A DNA stretch of 64,000 nt from Balanoglossus misakiensis (lineage: Eukaryota; Animalia; Hemichordata): NCBI GenBank assembly GCA_040954595.2, contig CM082578.2, positions 18,060,728-18,124,727 of the forward strand. The letters run 5' to 3'. Shown here piece after piece: positions 12,501 to 24,100 of the stretch (its first letter is position 1; each line of letters starts with the position of its first letter). The notes beneath the pieces were generated by a model, which was given only the letters and a program-made list of their open reading frames with translations, was not told the origin of the DNA and made no database searches. Position numbers and translations under genes: made by a program.

Positions 12501-14596
12501 GTATCCCTCCGTCTCAAAATCCAAAAACGTCAATTGGATCTGTTCTTCAACATCAACTGTGATGAGGTAAACACAATCCGCGTTGCTAGGGTAACCTTCA
12601 GGATAATTAGGCGATGACATCGATCCTTCTTGTCCACTGAGGTGATGACGACATTCTTGATTGTCTAGATCAAAGATCAATGAAAAAAGTTACCAAAAAT
12701 GTACAGCGTGCATTTCATTTTAAAGTATTTGGAACACATTCGTCATTTCTGTATTTCATGATGTTATTAAAGATATGTGTATAAGCAAAATCATCACCAT
12801 GCAGCGGTAGACACAACCTTCCCGTACCTGGTTCGATACCTTCGGATTTCTCTGCTGCGCTCTCTTCTTCCGAAACGTCTTCGTCGGTATCGGCGGTTTC
12901 GTAAACCACGGAAAAACCCCGACCGCCGTCAGACATGTCCGAATGAAATGTGATATAAAGATAGCGATAGGTTGAGACGAAAGGGCCTGGAATTGTGTCG
13001 CCACAAAATGAACCAATTAAATCAAAGGAGTCGTCGGGACCATCATAAACCATGACGTTGTCGTACCTGAGATGAAAAATGAGAGAAAGCTGTAATATCA
13101 TGATAAACATTTGACTGTATATGGTATAAGTACAGGCGAAGACCAGGTCACTATTTTCAATGTCTGCTTTTCATGCATTGATGAGGTGTGTGGAGCGGCA
13201 GACTGTACCACAGTGATTTGTACGTGCTTTTTAGAGAAAAGTTGGGACGGAAACGATTTTTTTTGAAAAAATCACTTACTGACAATAATCTTCCATTTCC
13301 ACATCAAAATAATCAAAAGTAATGACAATACTGTCTCCAGGTGCCGCGACCAACCGCCAGTGACAATCTTGTTCGTTTGGATATTGATTCGGATAATTGG
13401 GACTGGTGACTTGACCAAGTATTTCATTTTGGACGCTTCGGGTGCCGTGACATCCATCATCATCGCTGTCTTCATCATCTATGAGGAAAATGGACAAAAA
13501 CGAGAAATGCTACATTTATTTCGAGACGGCAAACATGACGTGCTTTGTGTGAAGTGTGATGTTGGTGTCAGTCTGTAAGTGACGTGGGAAATTACTGCAA
13601 ATCTGATTATAGCTTGGTACGATCATATTCATTGTGACGTTAGAAAAATAGAATACAATTTCACCAAACATGCGTTTTCTATTCGATATGATATGGTACC
13701 ACTTCTATGTCGAAATTTAAACTACATTTGCAGATATCCGATTACGGATGTACGGAAGTTGATATATCAACGTTTACTAAAAAGACTGAAGTATGAATAA
13801 CTACACGGAAATTCGACAGAAACAGCTAGTACACGCACGATACAGACAGGAAAATGCAGCTCGCGAGTACATAATTTGTTCGGGTAAATACATACACTGG
13901 ACCAGTATTGTTCTGATTTTATACTATAAACAAAACTATAAACAAATTTAATTCTAATCCCCCTTTCATGTTTGTATTCTCATTCCCACATTCATAAGTA
14001 GAACAATCGAGTGATCGCACTGGTATTCAACTTGTGGAATATTTTAAGCTGTGCTTAATCCATCCTCACAAACTTGGATTCCTAATTTGTGAACCATTGC
14101 ACCGACTTCAGTATAAATTCTTGACTTTCTGGTGTTGGCAATATTCTGAGATTCGATTGATAATATGGGTTATTATTGCGAGAGCTTTTAACTTGTATTT
14201 TCAAGGATTTCAGTGACAGAACCTCATTTTAAGTACACACGCACCTACCACGGATCATCGGAAGAAAGTTAAAATTCCCGAGCTAACGAAATTACGATTG
14301 AAAAAATCACTGCGATGCATAACAAAGAATTCATCCACCTAAACTACTTGAAATTGTATGCTGAAAAAGTTTGATTATTTCAGCATGGCATTGCACAATT
14401 TCCACTTCAGAATCAACCCAATAAAACAGAAGGTTTTCCACCCATTAGAATTCGGTAGAAAACTGAAGTTCGCATTGCTTGCACACGACTTACCGTCTAT
14501 CCTGAATCCGTCATCTCCACTCTGTCCCGTGCAAGAACTCAGGCACAAGATGCAAATAATTAGCAACCACACATGGATTCGTTTTGCGTCCGCCAT
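9581..14596 (-). CDS. Secreted modular serine protease: signal peptide, CUB, CUB, Ig, Ig, trypsin-like S1 domain (757 aa)
   Basis: Exons 14596-14494, 13478-13280, 13066-12828, 12664-12455, 12262-12125, 11865-11713, 11468-11328, 10986-10675, 10359-9581 total 2274 nt in frame. CUB motifs SPNYP..YP...DC and FHSD/FVSD; Ig motifs C..W-K-(N/D)-G..Y-x-C; R|IVGG activation site; TAAHC, DIALI, GDACQGDSGGP catalytic motifs with Asp189. Confidence 0.9.
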
Positions 14597-15886
14597 TCCT
14601 ATGTACCGTACATGTAATACGTACGTGAGAGTTTGAATGCACGAAGCCTGCTCGTCTCGACTTTGTTGTAGTAGTCCCTACTGCCTAAAGTATAGCATTG
14701 CATTGTGGTGTTGTTTACACCGAAGATAATACTTTCCTCTTCCTCTGTTGTGTCGTCAGCAACAATGGTTGAATGTCCTTTCCGGAGGAATTCTCGCTTC
14801 CGAGGAAGTAAACTTTGCATTTCAGTGGAAATGGTACTTTTCAACACGCACTGAGAACAAGGTGTACCAGTTTAGGTCACAAGAGTGCTTGGTTTCGTCA
14901 CATTTTCGTTGGCGACGTCGACTTTCCTTCCGTTTACGTCAATTTGAAAGACGTGCGAAAAAACGGTCATGTCACATGTCATTTGAATAACAATAGACGT
15001 ACCACCTGTGGTACATCAATGGAATAACCTATCGGCGAGTTACAAGCACACAGTTGATTTGGAACAGTAGATTTACAGATTCTGACGCAAGAAGCGACCC
15101 CACCAGGGCAGGTGTGGTGTTGATCTGGGTTGATGAAAATCCCCGGGTTGATAAAAAGACAATTTAGCGAATTTCTTGAAGAAAACTTTCTATATACCTT
15201 TGAACCTATATGATGTCATAGGTCAAATGGGTTCAGGGTACAACTGTCAAAAACAACACCAATATTCATACTTGCACAAAATCAATCGATTTTAGAATTT
15301 TTTACATCATATATTTTTCTGTTTATTTTCTGACATTGAACAATGTACTGACATATCCGTGTAAAACAGCCAATTCATTTACAAAAACATTACAAAAACT
15401 TGTATATTACATACAAAAACTATTCCAACATTTACAGGAAACATTTGTTGAATACAGAAATATCATCTTTGTACAAATATTGAATCCAGATACAGAATAT
15501 ATGTTGAAGCTATCATTAACTTCATAGGAATATACTTTTATAATATTTGGGAGGTATTTACATAGAACTTTACAAATTAGTGTTTGGTATTGCTATGTGT
15601 AGTTCAGGAAATTACAAAACAGGTACAAAATCCAGATTGCAGATGTACAGTTTGCTCGGCTTTTAAGATGTCTTTTAGTGATCCAAATAAATTAAGTTTA
15701 AAACAAGTTTATCAGAATGGTAACGTCTCAGAATCAATGTGTTATTGTTCATCAACTCTCTACAACTAAAACTGACCTTCTGACAGCCAACAAATATTAT
15801 ATTGCATGATCACTGATATCAATAGTGTGGCATAAAAGAATGACCTGCAATCAATTCTGTCTACTTTTAATACATGAATCTGAGAT

Positions 15887-15983
15887 TTTACCCTTTCACC
15901 CCTCTTTCATGCTAAATCGATCGGTCCAACCAAACCAATAGAAACAATAGCCTGAACCAAAGCTTGGTGGAGGAAGGGGTAAA
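15887..15983. mobile_element. ~90-bp MITE, copy 2 (degenerate)
   Basis: TTTACCCTTTCACC...GGAGGAAGGGGTAAA. Confidence 0.55.
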
Positions 15984-16059
15984 CGAGAATGTCAATATTT
16001 CCAAAAGTGATGGTCTCTCACTTACAGTACGGTCCCTCCATAATTCATGTCACTGACCA

Positions 16060-16245
16060 AGAGAACCACCCAGCCCAGTACACAATCAGCACACCAACTA
16101 AAACATACCACTTAGCCCAGTCTGCACTTGATACACAAACGGACCACTTAGCCTACTGCAAAATTGCTATACTAATTAACATAGACCACTTAGGTCAGTA
16201 CACAATTAGCTCACCAACTAAAATAGACCACCTAGCCCAGAACAC
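16060..16245. repeat. Degenerate minisatellite, ~35-45-bp units
   Basis: About five recurrences of ACCAC(T/C)(T/C)AG(C/G)(C/T)CAG with similar inter-unit sequence (CACAAT.AGC.CACCAACTAAAA). Confidence 0.7.
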
Positions 16246-18188
16246 GAGTGCACACATTGGAACATGCAATAAAACCCAAAATGTACATCAATTCAGTTTC
16301 CACAACCTAAACTATACTTTGCTAAAGAGAAAAGTGGACAGAAAGATTAATTATTTATGCACGATTAGAGAAATGGCATAAATGATGCAAAACTGGGAAA
16401 TGTTATAAAGTTTGCTGTACATGTAGAGATGCCAATATTTTACAATTGTAAGGCACATAATCTTACCAGACTTTGCACTAGGTGTTATAAAAGAAACTTG
16501 AACTAGGACTTCTTTTGGGAAGACAAATAGGTAATGACTCTGTCAAGGCCATCAAAAACTTAAGAATGGTGTACTATACTGGTATGTAATGATAATATGA
16601 GATTATAAGGGATGAGGTGTGCATAGTTTATGTTTCTTAGGAAACATCCACTTCTGAAGCTGCATACCTCCTGTACAATCATATAATACATTTTTAATTT
16701 TTATTTAAAAAATCTCAGATTGATCATGATTTGAAAACTATAGATTTTCTTCTCATAACTGATCATATATGAACATTCAAAACTGTCTGTGCAGCAACTA
16801 TCCACGAAGGTTTTTTAACCCTCTTCTTCAGTCAAGTGCTGAAAGGACGCAGATTTTGCACAATCTGGTGCATCTGAATGGGACGGCAGATAAAAAGGGA
16901 ACACTGTAAAACATCACAGAATGAATATTATTCAATTCACTCGTGCAACAGTTAAAAATGAGATCTCATTCAAATGCATCCGTGGAAGTTCAGTGACAAA
17001 ACCATTCACCAATATGTGATTAATTTATACATCATATATCAATGTAGACAATTATATACACCAATTTATATATAGATCAAATCACCAATTTATACAATGT
17101 ACACTACATGTATGTATATCAAATGTCAAATATAACTGCAAACTACATTTATAATATACATATACCATATTGATGCTATGAACATTTGTTTAACTCAATA
17201 CTAATACTATGTACAATAAAACTGGGAATTCATCATTTCAATAAAAAGTATCATACACGATATTTATAACTACACGAAAGTCTACTAGGACAAGTAACAG
17301 AACCTATGAAGGACTAGCTAATTCTACAATTCTTATCTGATTCCTTAACAAACTTGTAGATAAAATAAAAACAAATCTGACTTCCAATTTAACTGTTGCA
17401 ATGGTACACACACAAATTGCAGTTTTGACTGATGTGTACATTCTACATCATCTCTCCATCTACAAATACACAATGCACTAAATATAACTCCTTGTTCCTC
17501 CTTCAGCCCAATACCATCACATCCACTTCTTTACATGTGAAGCACATACTTCAAAGTGTCTCTATATTTGATGTGATTTCAGCATTATCATGATGTGCAC
17601 ATACAATCGGCATAATGTTTTCTTTCCATCAACTGTTAAGTACTTCATATACACCATCTTTTTTTCTTCATTGCTTAGTTATATATTGATATCTTCAGCC
17701 AAACTCCATCACCATTTCACCTCAACAGACCTGGACAACCCTGCAGCCTGCAGTAACACTGGATATACCATACAGCTGCTTGATCATTTATCTGTACAAA
17801 CTTCCTCTCGCTCCACCAACTTGAATTCATCATGAAACCTGTGACTGTAGATTGTCTCTGCACTTCCAAACTAGATTGACAGACAGCAGCTATTGCTCTG
17901 GCAAACTTTTGTCAAAATCAATGCTTGTCTTGTGTGAAGTCACAACATGAATTCTGACAGTTCACTGACCGACAAGCAGTCACATGTATGCTCAATGCTG
18001 CCCTGAAATAAACCTACCTTAGTCGAAATGGGCATGTCAAAAAGTCTTGAACAAGACATACAAAGCAGGCGCAAATTTCAAAAGCTTTCTTTTTAGTGGC
18101 AAAGTAAAAAAAATAAATAAAAGCATTCAGGGTGACTCGTATAACATTGAGCATAGATGTTTTTTTTGTAGGTTGATGAGATTGTTTT

Positions 18189-21100
18189 CTAGTCATCTAA
18201 CTGACAGAGCATGGCTACTCCTCTATTAATCCAGTGACTTTCAGGTCTGTCTGACGGAAGATCGATATCCAACACAAAGTTTGTGGAGTGTCCAGTGGTG
18301 GACAGTACTCCACGTCTTGCACTTGTCTTGTAAACTGAAAACGGAGAAGAATTAAGACATTTCAAATCTTATTTTCAGTCATGCATTTGATCAGTTTATG
18401 CTCACTGCGAGATCTCCAAAGACTTGGTTAGTAACCGTGGCAATGGGTTGACAGCCGAGCACAATGTACTTGCAAGGCAAGATTTTGTATGAAATAAGAA
18501 TAGGTACATATCAAGTTGATCAAAAATGTTAACTTATGTGCCATTAACACTGTGGACCATCTGTTGTTTGTACTGTGTTCATGAGAATGTCCCCCAATAT
18601 AGACTACCTAACCATGAGAGATCTTGCAGGGTCTCGTAGAGTTTTCTTCTCAGCTTGTATATACCCTCATTAAAAAAGGTCAAATAAAAATAAATGACAT
18701 TGCCGATACTGTACCTGGACATGCATATGTTGATTTGGGTTGGAAATTTGCTTTCACCCCTGGCTTGAACCAGATCTGAAATATACCGGTTAAAGTTTCA
18801 AACTCTTGCTGTGAAAAAAATGAGTATACAATACTTCAGAAGAGATATGACTGGTGGACTAAGAGAGGTACTCTCATATACACATCAGTGCTGGGTTTGT
18901 ATTATTTGAGCACTGAAAAGAGAACATAAGCTGTCTTTGATTCTTGTCAATGTATCATTCATTTTACAACTTGCCCATATTTCTAAAGCATTTTGTTTTT
19001 CCTGGACACAGATCAGATTGATCTGTTTGTAAGAGAAGCTTTTTCTTGTACATTCATTAAGCACGCAAAGGATACCACTGGCACAGGATCAAAGAGGATC
19101 TTGGGATTGGATTCACTGATAACTGCATTGGTGCGAGACCAGCGAGCTCCTTCCATGAATAATCCTTTGCAGTACACGCCATCACACTGTCAAGTTTAGA
19201 AACATATAATTAACATTCAGAAGCTGTGTGGTTCTGATCCACAGAGGTGAAGACAAAGAAATCTGACAGATATGGTACTATTCATGCATATCTGCACCCA
19301 GTAATAAGCCCATCTGACTTACTGGTTTGGAATTAGTCATGTTGGACTCCTGGTCCACCACTTCAAACTCAAATCCCAGATGATCAATGGGTATTCTGTA
19401 CTTCCTGGCATAGTTCTGCAATGACCCTGTCAGGAATGACTGTGTGAAGTAAAATCCGGATATCCAGAACACATCGGGCATTCCGCTGGTGATCCAGTCC
19501 TGAACAGAGAAAAGGAAAAACTCATTATCTTTATTGGTACAATACGGCATGTATATGGTGGAAGAACCAACACAGAATTTCTGAATACATCAGTGATTGA
19601 CTTGAAGGAATTACCGGTAGAGTAAAAAAAAACACACCATGGAACTGGATTGATATTTGAAACCATTCTGAGTTATCTCATTATCTCAGTTGAACCAGAT
19701 CAACTTACCCTTAGGAACTGTAACCTGGCTATCAGGTCAGCCACATAGCTACCCAGGGGTTTCAGGGAAGGATAAGACTTGGCTGCCCACATGGAAGGAA
19801 CCTAACAGAAGAGACATATAAACGCCAGGTGTGATCACATGTACGTGGTAACAGGTACAGAATACTGTAGTAAAACCAGATAAGATGCAGATGCAATGAC
19901 TTTAAAATCTACGCAGCAGAGGTATATAAAGTTCAGAGAAGTCACATCTACAATGTGAACTTCACATGAGATGTGAAAGTTTTGAATCCCTGGTAACCTA
20001 TTATTATTTACCTTGCCAACCATCATGCTATCAAAGACATCTTCCAATTCAGATGACATGACAACCAAGCCCTTGATCGCTTTCAACACATCATATAAAC
20101 TGCTCCTGACTACCGATGTCAGTCGGTTAAATCGGATCAATTCTTGGACAAGTACTGTGTTCATAGATTCCTCATACAGCACAGGATACTCAGCCTGAAA
20201 CACGAAAGCAATCACATGACGTTACTGAAAATGTCAGTATCACTGGCAACCAAGTCACATGATTGGTGACACAAATCACCTGCTTGTCACATGGATTGTG
20301 GCAACCACAATGGATATGACAGAACTCAGTGACCTCTGCATGCGATATGTGCTGTACAGAAGTTATTGTCATGAGTTCTGCATTGTACTCTGCAGCAGTA
20401 CTTTCACAAGCGCAGCAGAATACTCTGCATTATCATGAAGCCATACAGCTCAATGGTTGAAGGAATTAACTGTATAGGAGTGATGTCATATACATGGCAG
20501 GACTCACCTGCACTTCTTCCAGGTCGAAATCAGGTGGTAATTTAGACAAGATATCACTGGCCAGGTCTTCAATGATCTGCTGAGTTGACCTTGCACCACC
20601 TTGAGCCTACATCAGGAAAAATCACAGAAAAATAAAATGAGTGAACGACCAAACACCTCCAGCCATCAACTTGATTGAGAAAGTTATAGTATATGTTGAC
20701 AGGCTGGGTTTTGAAGGTGAAATTTAAGTCAAGTGAGTGTTCATCAAGATGAGCAGATCTCTGGGGTGAAGACAAAATCTAACAAAGACTTCACCCTTTC
20801 ACCCCCGTTTTCGTCTTTAGAGGTCCAATTTTACCACAGAAAACAGTGGCTTTGGGCCAAACCATGGTGGTGAAAGGGTAAAAGTAAACTTGGAACTATT
20901 GTCAAAAAGAGACAAGCACTAAAATTTGAACAACATGCCACAGGTACTAGGTCACAGTTTTGGTTGCTATGGTCTGGATAAAAAAGTATCGGTACGATGA
21001 CTGGTTACAAGGTTGGAGATATGGTCAGTTTCTTTTTTTCTCCTAATACTAGAAAATTCAAGTCTACAAAAATTGGATGGTCAAAAAATGCACCAAAACA

Positions 21101-24100
21101 TGAAAGTATCCATCATGCTGGTACAGGAACACTTAAAACCATGCCCGAATAATTGCTGATGTCTTTCTGGGTACCTGCCCATACTTGCGTAACAGTGGGT
21201 CAATGAAGAGGTGACTATAGTAAACCTAGATGGTGAAGGTATTAGTATAGAGGAAAGAGAGTTGAAAGACAGTACATTGAAAGGTCATAATAATACCTGT
21301 AAGAAGAAAGTCTGGTTATTGAGATGCTATTTGCATTGAAACATCCCTTTCATGTCATGAAGTCCTGTACAAAACTATAGACACTGCTGGCCATGATCTG
21401 CCGTGAAATCCTACTGATGAGTTTTCCAATCAATTGCATTGTTTATGGGTTAGGCTGTTTTTTGTACACTAATTTTCATGTAGAAATTTAACTTCTGCTG
21501 TTCCAATAAAAGCAATGAAAACATCATATCAAGATCTGACAGCTGGAACTACAATGTATGATATCTGTAGGATTTCACATTGAAAATGACCATGGTCCAA
21601 AACACAACATCACCAATGCACACACAATGTACACAAATGACAGGACTTGATTTTGAAAGGAATGTTACAGACACAGAAAAGTCACAATAAAATAACACAA
21701 AATTCATATCAGATATCAGTTCCCATTTTATCTGTACAAATTATAGTCCTTTAGTTATAAAGCTGGTTAAGATATTCTTTTTACCAAAATGTACATAATT
21801 ACAAATTATAAAAATTTTACTTTAATCTTTAGTTGAATTTAACAGATTTATACACTGGTTAACTAAATTTATACTTTCATTAATGCTATCGGTATTATAG
21901 GAACAAAGACCAAACAACAAGACAATACTACATTGTAGGTCATTAATCCTTCTGACAATTTGCATCAGGAACTGTGAGAGATGATTCTCACATGATCACA
22001 CAAACTCACCCCAAACTTAGAAATGCAAACGGGTGGGTGGGTAAAAAAAAAACACGATCAAATTGGAATGCAAGGGAGTCAAACAGAGGAAAAAAACACA
22101 GATGAAATCTAATATGATTAGTATACAGGTTTTGCGGTTGATGGGAATTTAGATCATTTTGCAGGATTTTCTTCTGGACTGCGACAGACCACGGAGATCT
22201 TTTACCACAATCAGCATGCATTGCAGCAGAGAGTTGAACGTTGCAAAATGAAACAAATGAGAGTCAGGGATTTTCACAAATCACAGTATCCAGGCACAAT
22301 TAAGCTTTAATAGTTGATTGCGCCATGAATTCACTCTCTTTCAGTGAAAGCTGCATGCAATGCATGCTGGGTCTGGAAAATTGTCCATAGGGTGAAGGAG
22401 GAAAATGACATGGTGAGTGAGTGAGTGATTAGTATAAATTAAAACTGTAGGAAGAACGTATGTTACCCCTGGACATTTACATGAACCTTCCAAACATTTC
22501 CCACCCACCAGCTATGGTTGCAATTAGAATGTATATTGTCTTTCTATAGTTTAGATTTCCTTGCAAATCATGTCCAATGACATTTGAAACCATACTTGAT
22601 GGTCAGTACAACTATCTCCCAGTTATCTGATGTACATGTACTTATTTAAAAAGAAAGGAATTAGTCTATAACTTTCTGAGAACAAAATTAAAGAAAGTCT
22701 GAGATAATTTGAAGGACTAACATTTGTGTGCAGTTTCTAGGTTCTTTGGTAATTAATTGTTAATTCCAGAGAACGGTGTTAAAATCCTCTTTGTGAGTAA
22801 ACTATGCTGCTTAGCTACTTACTAAAGGTAAATTAGTATAATCTGAAAGGTGCAGTGACGATCATTTGATCTGCATGCAGTCGTTAGTACAGACAGTCCT
22901 GTTCATGCCAAATTGTGTTAGGTGAGTGCAACTGTATCAAGACTGTCCCAATGTAGCAAACTTCAAACCAATCAAACTGCAGCATGCAAATTGTTCTATG
23001 CATATGCATGAGTGTCTGTGAGCTGTGGTCAGGTTAATATTGAAGTTGGTGAAATTTGGCTGGTGTATATGTTTCTAGAGATGAGTCAAACAGCACACAG
23101 TCACACAGTGTGTTACCAAATACCTGTGAATCTTTGGTCTACAGTAATAATGTGCACAATCCCAAGCCACATTTATTGCGTGTAAAAATGATTTATACCC
23201 ATTGAGATGGATTGGAAGACAATGAGTCAAAGAGAAAATGAAAAAAAAAAAGATTATATTAACATTTCATGAATCTAAAACATCATATATCTTATGATTT
23301 ACAGCAAAAGCTGACGGCATTGTCGAATGCACGTGATATTGTTACATTGACCGGCAAATTACACTTTAGTTTAAACTACTGACATGCATGGAATGGCCAT
23401 TGATGTGTCTATCAACTCACACTAAAATTTGACAAAATTAACATAAATCCATCTCTATATTCTATATAAGGAATTTGTGAGTTGTACATTTATTTTGTGC
23501 TCATAATTTGCTAACCAGTTGGCATTTAAAATGACGTGGAAAAAAATTATTTGACCATGAGTCTAATTTTCACTTTTGTAACCCTAAAATGTAAAAGTAT
23601 TTATCTGAAACAAAAATAATCTGACATAAAAAGGAGGATTACCTGTCGGGGTAGGGTTGTCAATATACCCTCAAACAACTGAAAAGTCTCCTGTTGATCT
23701 TTGGTTATGTCAGCATTTTCATGCAGTCCGAACACCTGATAAAAGACAGAACATGAAGTGAACAGTTATTTCAAAGTTTCAGTCAAGACTGACTGCTGTG
23801 GTTTCATATTGCCAATTCACAGAAACCAGTTGGGAATGATAATTAACACGTATTATTTGAACAATTCCAGCAATGTCTTTCAATTCTCCACTGAGAACAT
23901 GCAGTATAGGAGGAGGTAATATGTAGCTCATGTCCACTAAAATAATTAAGAGTCGAGGTTTTTGAAACTGAAACAGTGTTGTGTTGAACTTCACACTTGA
24001 CTTCCAAGCAGGCAATTGACCTCTGACTGACCTCTGGACTGACGATGAATGGGAGACTTCGGATGTACTCCAGATAACCTTCATACTTGCGGGAATCAGG

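Larger units (their letters stand above)
15322..18188 (-). other. Probable ~2.9-kb 3' UTR of the dynein gene
   Basis: Non-coding, U-rich on the minus strand, follows the dynein stop; AATAAA (minus) at 15322-15327. The 3' end is inferred. Confidence 0.4.

Noticed and set aside
15989-16381. 130-aa ORF or CRISPR-like array
   Set aside because: The ORF arises from a degenerate minisatellite; the spacers are similar to each other, and the context is eukaryotic with no cas genes.
21290-21312. Recursive splice site ttcttcttacag|GTATTA
   Set aside because: Weak regenerated donor, and the intron is only 3 kb; cannot be supported without reads.
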